The notes: generated by a model from the letters alone, not told the origin. A DNA stretch of 64,000 nt from Octopus sinensis (GCF_006345805.1 NC_043013.1:12152001-12216000), one strand, 5' to 3'. Shown: positions 12,982 to 27,287, counted from the stretch's first letter. Numbers and translations are program-made.

Positions 12982-13530
12982 TTTTCACCAATTTCCTCTC
13001 CCTCTCTCTCTCTCTCTCTCCCTCCCTCTTTCTCACTTCATCACGTACATCTACATGCACATATGCACGCGCATACGAACAAGGGTTACAAACGCATATG
13101 TACATGCATATGTGGCGCTCGGGATGCTGGCCTGCTAGAGGATATCATTGTTCATGATGCGTTCCTTTCATGATAAGTCTATGACAGAGCAAAGACATCT
13201 ATGGTGGAAGTGTACAAGCAGATTAAGCTGCTTTTGTACGGGCCTCAAGCGTTTGACCCTTAGATATTTTGGAAGACCAACTGTTGCATATCTCTTCGCA
13301 ACTGATGATATCCAACGAGAAGTCATAAGACGAAACAGTGTCGTCTACGTTATCACTATTGTAACCGTCAGAAAGCAAACGGCAAAAACTGGCACTGTAA
13401 GGTATCCGACTTGAAAGGACGAAAATCCAAGTTTACTCCGGTATAAATTGAACTCATGTACTAAAAAGTATTAGCAAACACCACAAGATATGCTTCTCCG
13501 AAGCTTGACGATTTTACCACATCCGATGTA

Positions 13531-13592
<62 letters not shown>

Positions 13593-13883
13593 AGGGTCAT
13601 ATATATATCTAAGGGTCAAACGCTTGAGGCCCGTACAAAAGCAGCTTAAGCTGATTGTACACTTCCACCGCAGATGTCTTTGCTCTGTCATATACTTATT
13701 ATGAAAGGAACGCATCATGAACAATGAAATCCTCTTGCAGGCCAGCATCCCGAGTGCCACATATGCCACATATGCATGTACATATGCATTTGTAAGCTTC
13801 GTCCGTATGCGCGTGCATATGTGCGTGTAGATGTACGTGATGAAGTGAGAAAGAGAGAGAGAGGGAGAGGAAATTGGTGAAAA
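12982..13883. repeat. Long inverted repeat: arms 12982-13267 and 13605-13883, 337-bp spacer
   Basis: The arms are reverse complements along their length (ctgcttttgtacgggcctcaagcgtttgaccctta vs taagggtcaaacgcttgaggcccgtacaaaagcag); the ORF track gives near-identical peptides on opposite strands. Confidence 0.92.
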
Positions 13884-13896
13884 AAAATATATATAT

Positions 13897-14190
<294 letters not shown>

Positions 14191-14199
14191 CATATATAT

Positions 14200-14595
14200 A
14201 TTCTTTTTTATTCTTTTATTCTTTTATTTGTTTCAGTCATTTGACTGCGGCCTTTCTGGAGCACCGCCTTTAGTTGAGCTAATCGATCCTAGGACTGATT
14301 TTTGTATGCCTAGTACTTATTCTATCGGTATATTTTGCCGAACCGCTATATTGCGAGGACATCAACACACCAGCATCGGCTGTCAAACACAGACACACAA
14401 ACATATACATATATACATATATATAGATATATACGACGGGCTTCTTTCAGTTTCCGTTTACCAAATTCACTCACAAGGCTTTGGTCGGCTCGAGGCTATA
14501 GTAGAAAATACTAGCTCAAGGTAACTCGCAGTGGGACTGAATCCGGAACCATGTGGCCGGTAAGCTAGCTACTTACCACACAGACACTCCTGCGC
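14200..14595 (-). mobile_element. SINE family A, full length
   Basis: Tail (ttcttttatt)n-gtttcagtcatttgactgcggcc through head cttaccacacagacactcctgcgc. Confidence 0.9.
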
Positions 14596-14659
14596 ATATA
14601 TATACATATATATGTGTGTGTGTATGTGGTGTGTGTGTGTGTGTGTGTTTGTGTGGTGG

Positions 14660-14697
<38 letters not shown>

Positions 14698-15611
14698 TAT
14701 ATATATATCATTGATAACTGGAAAAAATCTACATTTTAAGCAAATTGACATTCTCTTTCCTCACTCTCTCTCTCACACGCTTTCTCTCATCCTCTTTTCA
14801 CTACTACTACTACCCACCAACACCACCACCACCACCACCACTGCTGCTGCTGCTGTTATTACTTCTATCAAGAAATATGAAATTCTATTTAGATAATAAT
14901 CTGGCATATAAGTTGAGATTATACTTTACTTCAGTTGATGATTCTAAATAAGGGTGAAATACGCCGAATTATCTCCCATTATTCAAAAAATTATGATATA
15001 TTAAGTACTGTTTGTAATTTGTTTTATTTTTGCGTACCATATTTGATCTTGGTTCAGCGTTGTTATTGTATTTTATTTTTATACTTTTTTCTGATTTGGT
15101 TTTGGTTTGCTTTGTATTGTTATATTTTTGTTTGTTTGTTTGTTTGTTTTTTTGTCTCATTTTGTTCATATATGAAGCATAAAAAATATTTTTACCCACT
15201 GAACTATAACTTAATATTGCATTTTCTCTTTTTTTACCTATCATGGATTCCAACGAAGGAAATACTCTAATACTCTCATAGTACAAACTACATTACCCCC
15301 GCAAAAGGTAAAGGCGAAATCTAGCCATGGACAATAAATATGATAGATGCGCCATCTGATAGAGGGAAGATATAATGGATGGACGATCTAAAGTGTTACT
15401 CAAGCATATTTAGGCAGATTGTCTCACTGAGATTATTTGTTCCATAACGCATTAGTTGATAGACACGCATCAGTGGCCAGTGATGACTTCTTACATTGTA
15501 TTTGCGACAAATCATTCAGGTGGAAATCGTACTTGTCCAAGATGTGCGCAAACACACACATACACAAACTCACACACATATACATACATACATACATATA
15601 TATATATAATA

Positions 15612-15679
<68 letters not shown>

Positions 15680-15937
15680 ATGCATATATACATATATTCA
15701 TACACAAATACCTATGTGTGTGTTTGTGTGAGTCTCTGTGTGTCTGTGTGTTTGTTATTTGAGTATTTCGGTAAACCACATATAAATAATATATACATTT
15801 TAACGTATTTTAAGTAAGTTTTTAAACAGTGGTCTTCTGAGTTTCGGAAATCAGGATACGCGACGCGTGCAGACAACACACACACAACACACACCACAGC
15901 AGACATATATATACAGAAACATACACGTGTATGTATG

Positions 15938-16022
<85 letters not shown>

Positions 16023-16288
16023 GGTATATGTGTGTGTAAGTTTGTGTATATATATATATATAATATATATATATATATATAAAACTCTATGCTTGGAATG
16101 ACTAAATTAAAATACTATTGGAACTTATTCACAACGTACAGGAAACTTATATGTTTACCATTCTGCCTAAATAATAGAACTTCAGATACAATATCCCTGC
16201 ATATCTCACATCTGTTTTCATTCCTCTACTTCACTCTCTATTTCATATCTACTCTAGAATAACTATTGCTTAACAATTATCTCACACC

Positions 16289-16336
16289 GTCCCCGATGAA
16301 GGGATATATAAAATATCCTGGAAACAGGAGTAGGAC
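16289..16336 (+). ncRNA. Minimal type I hammerhead ribozyme-like motif (U4C core variant) in a probable Penelope-type repeat
   Basis: GTCC-CCGATGA-A-GGGATAT/ATATCCT stem II-GAAAC-AGGA-GTA-GGAC: stem I GTCC/GGAC and the GAAAC..GTA stem III are in correct order. Activity untested. Confidence 0.6.
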
Positions 16337-17922
16337 CTTCTCTTTATAAATGTTCTGGAATCTTTCACACCCTTGGATTTTTATCCCATTCGGTTAATTT
16401 TTTATATATACTCATGCTGATATATCACCTACGTTGGACTCCTCATTCTCATAATCACCGAACGTGGAGCTTAACTATAGTCCGTCCATAGCACTTACTC
16501 AGCACTTACCTGACACCTTTGGGTCTTCTTGACACCATTACCTCTCATAACCTATGTATATATATATATATACATAGGTGATATATATATGTACTACCGT
16601 CGTTGCCTGATAATTTTTACAACAGAAAGCATTTTAGTTTATTCCATGTTAGACCATGCCTTCTACGACAGATAAGACTCTTGATCTGGACAGGTTTGTG
16701 CAAGTTTCAGCTAAAAAAATTATTGGGGATTTTTCTCCTCTTCAAATTATTTACAAGTCTCTTCTACCGTTTCACATGAAAAGGATGAAAGTAAATACAG
16801 AGTGTAGATTATTTCAAGAAAAGTGTTCCATTTACAGTCCATGTGTTCGTTTCACGTGCGAACTTTCTCTTAATTCATATCTTAAAGACTAGAATCTATA
16901 CATTGATTAAGACAGTACGAGATACACTTTGACTGTAAAATAACCGATCGGGTCAAGCATCGTTCTCGTATAAAAATATCAGAAAGGGTATAGAGTTTAT
17001 CCAAATATACCCCTACTAATGTAACTAAGTTAATTTTACCTGAAATGGCCTGATAATTCTAATTTGGATTGTTAGATATCATTGTGCAGACATTGATAAT
17101 TGTGTGAGAATAGCACTAATAACTAAATGGATAGAATGAGGAATAAAAAGTCGAGAGGTATGTGTCACGATTTTTAGTCGCCAAAGTGTTGATCTATGTT
17201 TTAAATCTTAAGTTAACGTTTAACCGAGTGGTGAATAAGCTCCTCGTTTTTGTTGCACTATTCAATTAATCATCAGATTTTGAGTTGAGTTCGCCAATTT
17301 AAATTAAAGGAATTACGTGCCACGACTGGTAGGCACATTGTAAGGCAACTGAAATTGGCTAGGAGGGTTTTGTCGCGCAGTCGTTCCGCAAAACACTGAC
17401 TTGACTTGGAGTTACTTGTCCAGCAAATGTAGAGGGCCATAAATTTCATGTTTGATGCGGCAGAAAAAAAAAACTCCTAGGTGGTTTGGGATAAAGAGAA
17501 CGGGCCACTAGTTGGTGTGGCATAAAGATAATGGGAAAGAAACTGGGACTCCTCCACTCAGTCTATGTCACCTGCACAGAATAGCCTGATGCTTAAAGAC
17601 CACAGAACACCCTGAAACACCAGAGTTATAACTGATAATGCATCCCAGAGCACCAATGACATTTATCTTGGAACTAAAAGCGCTACAGGGAACTAAATAG
17701 AAGAGATTCGGATTATATGATTTGGTTATAAAATAGAGCACATTTAGTGAGAATGTCACGCCAACAAATCACCTGCCATTGTCATCAAAGGTTAGATTTA
17801 ACATGAGTCGCAATTTCTTTTAGATGATGTACAAAATGTTTATGCAAACCATTTTCGATGATCAACAAGTAAGCTTTTGAATTATATATATATAACTTCT
17901 TTATAAATGATAAATATAAGAG

Positions 17923-17964
<42 letters not shown>

Positions 17965-18466
17965 GTGCACAATGACGTATGTATATGTAAAACTTCATAT
18001 ATACATATTTATTCATACATACACACACACATATATCTATATATATACGTTTACATATATGTGTATGTACACACACATATACACATGCGCGCGCACGCCA
18101 CAAGGACACATACACACATATGTGTGTGTAGATTTAATGAAGTGTGTTTCCATTTTTAATGAAATATACGTGAAAAATAAATGACACTTTTTCGGAAAAC
18201 AATACATATATACCTTTTTTGAAATATCCAAAATCAAAATGTCGAAAAGATGTTAATTTAATAAAAATTGTGTCATTGTGGGCCAAAATATTTCGTTACG
18301 CCAGGAAGCGAATTTCACGGTTTCTTGGACTGTGAAATAGCAACAAATATTTATAATCCCAATTATATGGTTTTCTATAAGGTATAGATTTACATAGACA
18401 AACCCACACTTACAATCACAGTTTTATATATATTTATATATATATATGTGTGTGTGTATATATATA

Positions 18467-18504
<38 letters not shown>

Positions 18505-18654
18505 ATATATGTATATATATATGTATATATGTATATATATATATATATATATATAAATCAAAATACGCGCAGCCATATATATATTACACAACTATCACAC
18601 GTAACAACAGAAGTACATATATATACCAGCCCACATAATTTGTATATAAGTTAG

Positions 18655-18698
<44 letters not shown>

Positions 18699-18981
18699 AT
18701 GCAAGCATGAAAGCGCGTTGTTTACAATATATATGTGTGTGTTTGTGATTGTGTATGTCTGTGTATGTGTATCAGTGTGTGTGTGTGTGTATGCCTATAC
18801 ATGTGAAATATTGGAAACAGAGAGAAAATAGATATTTCATAAATGCAGGCATACATCCATACGTATGTGCCACGGAAAAAGTATTCTTCATATATATGGG
18901 GAGGGGAAGAATTTGGTGATATATATATAAATATATATATATAAATATATATATATATAAGATATATGTATATATATACAT

Positions 18982-19085
<104 letters not shown>

Positions 19086-19699
19086 CACATACATACACAT
19101 ATACATGCATACATAGAAATCATTAGATTGCTGGATAAAAGATGTCTCATATATTCCGGCTCTACGTTTTGTGTTCCAATCCCAAGAAGGTTGACTCTGC
19201 TTTTCGTCCCCCTAGAAGTAACTTAATCGATTACAAGTCTGCCAATCTATTCAACATCATTATAAAAACTTTCTTGTCAAGCCACTATTGTTAAACTAAC
19301 TCAGCTTCGACTGATTTTTCAACATCCGTGACCTGTAGTCGACCATATAACAGAAATGTATTGTATGGGCAACTAATGGCCTTCGGTACAATTTTGCTTA
19401 TACCTGCTTATGTCAATCTCGGGAACACTCTAGTATCGTTCCCCATGTTATACAGATATAAAATGGAGTAAGTCTTTCAAGGTTCAGAGCCAACAAGACA
19501 TGAATTATATATCATAATGTTTAACTATTGAGGTCACACATTCTTTGTTTTCATGTAAAGCGTTCTGCGATGTTAATATTTTAACGAACCCAAAATTCAC
19601 ATACTAAGCAGTTGTCAAAACTGATGTAGCCACACCCAGCTTAATACATCGACTGACTTGGATCTGTGAGTCTGCCAACCAAAACTACGATGGTGCAGC

Positions 19700-21480
19700 A
19701 TCGACCTGTGCATCTGTGGGCATTATCACGACTTCAAAACAAGAGCTGTAAAAGCTTTAGGAATTGGCAGGTCTATCAAGCAAACAAAAGATTGATATGG
19801 TACGCATTAAATAATCGTAGAATAATTTGAAATAATCGATAATAATACTACAGTAATTTATGTCGGAAATGAGTGCCAAACATATTTTCCTTCATCTCTA
19901 ACATTCGTCCAAGAAATAAGTCATTTTCCTTACATCCACAAATATGACTAGTGCTTCGTAAAGCTCTAATACAGATTTTCTTTGATATCTTTTGTGCATG
20001 TGATACGCGACTACACATTCTTTGCTTCTATATACTTACTGCGAATGATAATAGAAAGTAGCTTATTGGACATCTGTTTTATGTCACAGATACATTTGTG
20101 AGCAAGGTCTCCCATCGAGACTTAATTATAATAACCAGAACTTCTTTCTCTTCGCAATAAACCTTCTTTTTGTTCCAAGCATTCCCATCTTACCAAGTAT
20201 AAATGCAGGGGACTTTTATTATTAAGTACAGTATTCCATCGTCTTTTGTTGCTTTAATGACTGTTTTTTTTTATTTTTCTCGACAAATACAATGCAGATT
20301 AATTTCATTCTTGGGCCCACAAGGAATAAAATTCAGTTTGACTTACATCTGAACACATCAACGCTGCAAAGGCTAAGAAACGAAAGGGAAGACTCTTGGA
20401 CCGAAATGCATTCGATCTAATCTATTTTGTACTTGTACATTTTCTTTAAAGATATAAATACTAAAGAGAACAGCAACAGTAAAGAAATTTTGCTGATTAT
20501 TACAACATAGCAACGTGACAAGTTTTTTTCTTTTTTTGGTAGAGTATTTGATAAGACCTCGCTTTTCAACTTCATTGTAAATCTTTCGCAGAAAATGATA
20601 CACCGTGTGACTAAAATATGACGCTTGAAGTAAAATCAGATGACGATCCTGCAGTAATTCAAGTGTGACATTTAAAACAAGTTACAGCGATGCCCTCCAC
20701 ATTTCAAAGTCTTGAGTTTAGAACATGAACAATAAACTAGCTATGAACGACAAAGTGAAGAAATGTTGGAAGAATTAACCAGTGAAGTCACTGAGCATTA
20801 TAAAGCTGGACGAACACAGGCGATTCGGAAAGGCGTTGATAAGATCACTGGCATAAAAACAAAAGAAATTTCACTTGGGACGGTAGACCCCGCTGCAGAT
20901 TACCATACCAAAGCTTCAGCTCGACTTTAAAAACTTATTAAATGTTCCAACAACGATCAACTTGGAATCGATTAAGGATCTACCTCATGCTCCTTAAATA
21001 TCCACCGAACCAGTCAGAAAGAAAGGAATTAAAGAGAGCGACAAGTGCAACAGTTCGTGCGAAAGCTGCTGAACCAGAAGAAATCTTATAAGCTGTGCAA
21101 CGATTTTTTCCCCTTTGCCAAACATCTCTTAGCAGTTATGTATTCGGTATTCATTTGAGATGATCAAGCAAAAGAATGGAGAAAATCTATAATAGATGTA
21201 TCACCAAAGAGTAAATCAAAACGAAAGAGAGAGAAAAAAAAACGGCCTTCCAGGAAATGAAAGAGGATTATCATACATAATGTGCACTGGTGTGAAACAC
21301 TTTAATTTAGTGTTGTTCACAAAAATAAGGGAATCGATTCGAAGTTTTCAGTCCAGCTTCAGGCCAAACAGAAATACTGTTGAATATATTTTAACGTATA
21401 AACAAAAACATGTGTAAGAGTACAACAATACAAAACATGCTTTGTTACTATAACGTACCAAGCTCGTTCATTTATACTGT
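19700..21480 (+). mobile_element. Decayed RTE-clade LINE (endonuclease to RT fragments)
   Basis: EWRKSII..PK..LPGNERGLS..KHFNLVLFTKIR..QSSFRPNRNTVEYIL at about 21170-21410 matches RTE RT motifs (IIP.PKKG, GNYRGISL, Q.GFRPGRST.EQI); KQKIDMV near 19780 resembles the endonuclease start. Many stops. The 5' boundary is approximate. Confidence 0.7.
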
Positions 21481-21566
21481 TATATCATTGTGCGGATACA
21501 TGCTGGTGACGAGGCTCAAAAAAGTAGAACTACCTTACAACCATATCCGCCACCGCTGTTGAAGGG

Positions 21567-21707
21567 TTTTTCTCGTCTGGTACTGATTTTTCGTCTGGTA
21601 CGGATTTTTCGTCTGGTACGGATTTTTCGTCTGGTACTGATTTTCGTCTGGTACTGATTTTTCGTCTGGTACTGATTTTCGTCTGGTACTGGGTTGTCTG
21701 GTACTAG
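21567..21707 (+). repeat. Minisatellite, about 8 copies of a 17-18 bp unit (tttttcgtctggtactga)
   Basis: Head-to-tail units with no spacers. Confidence 0.92.
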
Positions 21708-23486
21708 TTTTGTGTTAATTTGACTTTTCTTGAGGCATTAGAATTACGTATGCTACGAATGTCGACGTTCGTTCTCCTCCTAGTAACAGCAATGATTTTG
21801 AAACGTCCATAAGCACATTACAGAGGAATATATTATTCTTCGTATGAGAGGACTGGTCGAGGCTCTATGGACTCTGATAATTTGAGACCGTTGACTCAAC
21901 ATTCAACCCTTTTGGACAACAGTCCTTTGGCAGAGACGACAAACATCCATGCCCACTCGAGCTCAAAAATATACTCATACAAATAGAAAGAGTGAAAGAT
22001 GGAGAAAGATTACTTTTTTTAATAGCCACCAAATATAGCAATGTTACAAAATTGGATATGCCAATCTTATATATTATACACCCTGGCTCAAGAACGAAAT
22101 TTTCTAAGAAGCTGCAAACCCTGGCACCAATTTTTTTTAGAAACAAGGCATTATTGTATTTTTTTAATATTTTTGTTCTTTTTCTTTGAGATGAAAATTA
22201 ACTTCACGTTACTTTTTCTGATCACTTTTTACTCACTGCTTTTTAAACCTGAGAAAAATAAAGATGTAGTTGTGAACATTTCGATTTTGCATCCCACAAA
22301 AATTTTAGGAGGTGCGCCTGCACCCCTTGCACCATTTGGACCCCTTGTTTCCGGACCTATGATTATACACATTCCTAACAACTGGTACGTGCCTATTAAT
22401 CGCTAGTAGAGAACCATGTTATGGAAACCTAAGTCTTCCATATATTTGGTACTTTGTCATGGTTGCATAACGAAGTACAGTATCCTAGCAGCAATTAATA
22501 TGGAAACTTTATTTACATCTAACGGGGTCTCTGGACAATGACACAAATCCTTGGAGAAGAGATAGTCATTGGCCAGCGCTCTTTTTGACGATTTGCATTT
22601 GGAGGTCATTTTGAGAGAATAATGATAATTATTTTCTGCATTAGACTCAAGACTAATAACTTTGTTAGGGAAGGCTTTTAGTCAATACAATTGACCCCAG
22701 TACATGACTGATATTTTATTTTATTTTCCCTGAAAATATAAAGGGCAAAGTTGACCTCAGCATGATTTGATCACAAAACAGAGGGAGTCGAAAGAAACAC
22801 AGCGATTCTCTAACAATTCTGGAAGCTAATGTTAAATTACAAGATCGCAGACTGTTTCATATCTGATAGTATTTCACGTTCATAATGATTAATTTTAATT
22901 AAACATGGGATAAAACTAAGCATAACAGTGTCCACTCGTTTCGATTACAGAAATAAAGTTTAGGAGGAGATTTTGAAATATATACACCCACATTGTTAAG
23001 GGTCTTATCACTAGGGATGAGTGATGCAGTGATGTTGATGATTTACTGCCGATAGGGAGCAATAGTGAAGTGGTCATTGCTAAGTGCATGACCAGTTTTG
23101 AAGATGCAACGTGTGTTGCCTCTTGGATGCTCCTTCGGAATAGTTCTTTGTGAAAATAGAAGAGGACGTCAAAGAAGAAGCTGCTGCTGCTGCTGTTGTT
23201 GTTGTTGTTGTTGTTGATGTTAAGCAACAAGACGGGTAAGGGTGATTAGGTAATGGTCTAGGTCTTAGGGGCGGGAGAACCCAGACCTTAGAGATAAATA
23301 GTTTGGTCGTCTTGTTGTAGTCGAGGGCTCTTCGTTGACGCCCGACACCACTGGGAGGTTACCCTCAAAGTCGCTGGAAATGGAGATTTCCAGGTCCAAA
23401 TTCTTGAACGGCTGCTGCAGCTGCTATTGTTGGGGATGACGATGATGATGATGATGATGATGATGATGTAGTGGTGGTGGTGGTGG

Positions 23487-23517
<31 letters not shown>

Positions 23518-23744
23518 AATGATAAAAGAACATAAAAAAGCTGGAGACTAAGAAAAGAAGAAATGGGTAAAGGTCAAAAGAAACGCTCAAGGAAGAAAAA
23601 TGAAGAAAATAGCACAAAAGGAGAAGAAAAAGGGAGGAAGAGGTGCAGGTGGAAGACGGAGGAGAATCGGAAGACGAAGAAGAAGAAGAGGAGGAAGAAG
23701 AAGAAGAAAAGAAGAAGAAAAGAAGAAGAAGAAGAAGAAGAAGA

Positions 23745-23786
<42 letters not shown>

Positions 23787-25267
23787 GAAGAAGAAGAAGA
23801 AGAAGAAGAATAACAACAACAACAGCTACTACAACTACTACTACTACTACTACGATAATTGTATCACGTTAGCTTTTTTCATTTTATGATCATAGAAAAA
23901 AAAACCTTCCTTTATGGCTCATTTGCAACAAGTGAAAATTGAAACCGGATTGGGGAATTTAAATCTTCTGCTGCTTGCAAGGAAAAATAAAATGCATGCA
24001 AAACCCAAATCATTACCGAAACTTCTCCTCCTACAAGAGATTAAAAAAAATGTTTTCGACATCGTACTACCACCCATGACGATACGGTTTCTTACCAAAC
24101 ATATATACATGGACGAACAGTGTTACATCCCTTCAGGTTTTCAGATACGCTACTGTACCCTGCCATCAACTCATAGCAATTCTCCATTTGCATGGTCCTC
24201 TTCATTCTTTTCCTCCTTCGCCAATCCCGACACGATTAATTAGCATATAAATACCATAAATTAGCATTTGAATATTGAAAGACAATATATATACATTAGT
24301 GAGATTGCACCCTGCTCAGACCATTTTCGGCATAGAAACATGCAGACATATTCATAAATATATACACGCTTGCGTGCGTGTGTGTGTTTGTGTTTGTGTG
24401 TGTGTGTTTGTGTTTGTGTGTGTGTGTGACTAACATAAGTGTATGAGAGGATCTTTATCATTTCGCTTTTTTTATCCTGGAAATCTGAAGAATTTTGAAA
24501 CAATAAATGCAATCTTACAATTTTAAGTGATATACGTATGGCGCCATCTACATCAGTAACAACGAAATTTTAAAAAGGGGAAATAAAAAAAAATAAAAGA
24601 AATGGAAAAAAAATAAGGAAACAACGAAGACAAGCAAAGCAGCAAAAGGATGAAATCACTCTAAGAATGTTATCAAAAACCAAAAAACCGAAAATAAAAT
24701 GAAAAAATAAATAAATAAATAAATAAATATGAAGAATTAAAATAAAAGAAAAATAATGAAATAAAGAAGTACTCGTATAGAATCACAGAAATATCTCTTG
24801 AGATACGAATACTGTACTGAAAAATAAACAAAAGATATAAACACAAAAACATACTAATAGTTAACACACAGCTTGTGTTGAGAACTTTCAGACAAAACAA
24901 CAATAACAACCAACATACAATGATTGAAAAATAATCCAAGAAAAATTAATAAAAAAAAATACGAAAACGTAACTCCTGTTAATGTAAACTTAATAGCTGC
25001 AAGGAGATATGGCTCGTTTAAGTTTCAGCAACACTACCGCTAGGCTTAACGAGGTTTCCTCCCCTTTGCCTGCATGTATTTCAGCTTGCACCCAGCTGTA
25101 GCGCTGCTGGTTTCTGTTGCAATCTCAGCGGGTTTAAAAGGTATGATATGTATGTAAGTATGTTGATGGTTGGATGTGGTGTTTTGTTTGATATATTTTT
25201 TTTTATTTGCCTTGTTTTCTATTATTTTTTTTTAGTGGATGGGAGGTGGATTTGTTTCTTCTTTTAA

Positions 25268-25314
<47 letters not shown>

Positions 25315-25646
25315 TTCAGAGTAACAGAGCGAGGATTGGGGCTGCATTAAGGAAATCAAACGTCAAGATACATGGAAATGCATTCTTGACGAAAGGAGAC
25401 TAAAAGTATATTCTGAAAATAAAAACATAAATGACAAAAATAAATAAATATCTGTATAAGTAGATAAGTAGATAAAGCCAAAATATGCCGAGGAAATATG
25501 GCGCAAAAAACATAAGGATAAAGGGTATAGATAATCTTACCCTCGGTCCTTAGTTGCACCTTCTAAAGATAGCTTAGTGTCAAGTAAGCATTATGTATAT
25601 ATATATATACATGTATATATTTACACTCGCACATGCAGGCACACAC

Positions 25647-25710
<64 letters not shown>

Positions 25711-25859
25711 GCAGGTGTGTCTGTAGTAAGAAGCTTTCTTTTCAATCGCATAGTTCCGGGTTCAGTCCTACGGCGTGGCACCCTGGTCGAGTGTCTTCTA
25801 CTATATACATACGTCTTAAATAATGGTAGTAATAGCAATAATTCAAAAAATAGTAACAT

Positions 25860-26165
25860 TGCTTATAGAACCACACGGTTCTGGGTTCAGTCCCACTGCG
25901 TGGCACTTTGGACAAGTGTCTTCTACTATAGCCTCGGGCTGAACATGGCATTGTGAGTGGATTTGGTAGACGGAAACTGAAAGAAACCCGTCGCATATAT
26001 GTGTATGTGTGCGTGTGTGTTCGTGTGTATGTTCCTGTATGTGTGTGTATCTCTTTGTCCCCCCCCACTTCACCACTACCACTTGACAACCGATGTTGGT
26101 GTGTTTACGTCCCCGAAATGTAGCAGTTCAACAAGAGATAGATGTAATAAGTACCAAGCTTTAAA
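25860..26165 (+). mobile_element. SINE family A, preceded by a second 5' fragment at 25700-25805
   Basis: gggttcagtcccactgcgtggcactttggacaagtgtcttctactatagcctcggg..gtgagtggatttggtagacggaaactgaaagaa. Confidence 0.85.
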
Positions 26166-26239
26166 AAAAAACGAAGTTCTGAGGCGTCGCCTCCAGCTTG
26201 ACTGCAGTCTAAGGAATAAAGCAAGTAATATATATATAT

Positions 26240-26326
<87 letters not shown>

Positions 26327-26599
26327 TAGATAGATATAGATATATGCCAGTGCGTGTGAGTTTGCGTATGTGTGAATGATAAGTAGACGACGTGAGTTGT
26401 TGAGTAGATCTAAAGCCACCCAAAAATTGCATTTGATCGTCTCATGTTTCCAGCACCGTTGATATGACTATGCCAAACGTTTTTAATTCTCATTATGATT
26501 AACTATAAAACGGAACCACAGTAGGAATGTGAAAATTCTGACAATTATAGCAAGCTTTTCATTTCAGCTCGCTTCCACATATATGATTTTCACTTATTT

Positions 26600-26960
26600 T
26601 AAACATTATACCGCGGCAATGCTAGAGTACATCCATGAGTGGTTTAGTCGAACAATTGGACTTCAGTGCATTAATTTTTGTTTTTTTTTTTTTCCATTTC
26701 TGGTACTTCTTTTACCAGTCACTTCTGCCGAATTGCTAGGTTGTGAGAACGTAAACAAATCAAAACTGATCGTCAAGCAGTGGCAAAGAGTAACAGGACC
26801 TCTATGTTATCGTACCTAGCCATTCTTGCGCCCAACGAGTTGATATGCCCTGGTTTTTATAAATCCATATAATAAAATCATTTCACATATAATAGAGACA
26901 ATTTATACACAACCCGGGATTATAGTAGAATACACCCAAAGTACTGCACAGGGGCACTCA
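26600..26960 (-). mobile_element. SINE family A, old diverged copy
   Basis: ccgcggcaatgctagag..tttagtcga; ctgccgaattgctagg; ggattatagtagaatacacccaaagtactgcacagggg. Confidence 0.6.
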
Positions 26961-27238
26961 AACCGCAAAGGCCTGATTGCAAAGCGAGCTATTTCAGAAA
27001 CTCGTTTTGCAATCAGCTTTTTTCGGGTTTTGCAAGTTTGGCTGCGTGGTTAACTATGCAGTCAAACTTGTGCATATATATTTTTGTGGTGCCCGTATAT
27101 GTATGTCAAGATCCACCACACGCACACACACACTGACATACATACATACATACTTACATATACATACATACATACATACATACTACATACATACATACAT
27201 ACATACATACATACATACATACAATATACATGCATATG

Positions 27239-27287
<49 letters not shown>

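Noticed and set aside
21567-21707. CRISPR-like array
   Set aside because: Units are contiguous with no unique spacers, there are no cas genes, and the context is eukaryotic.
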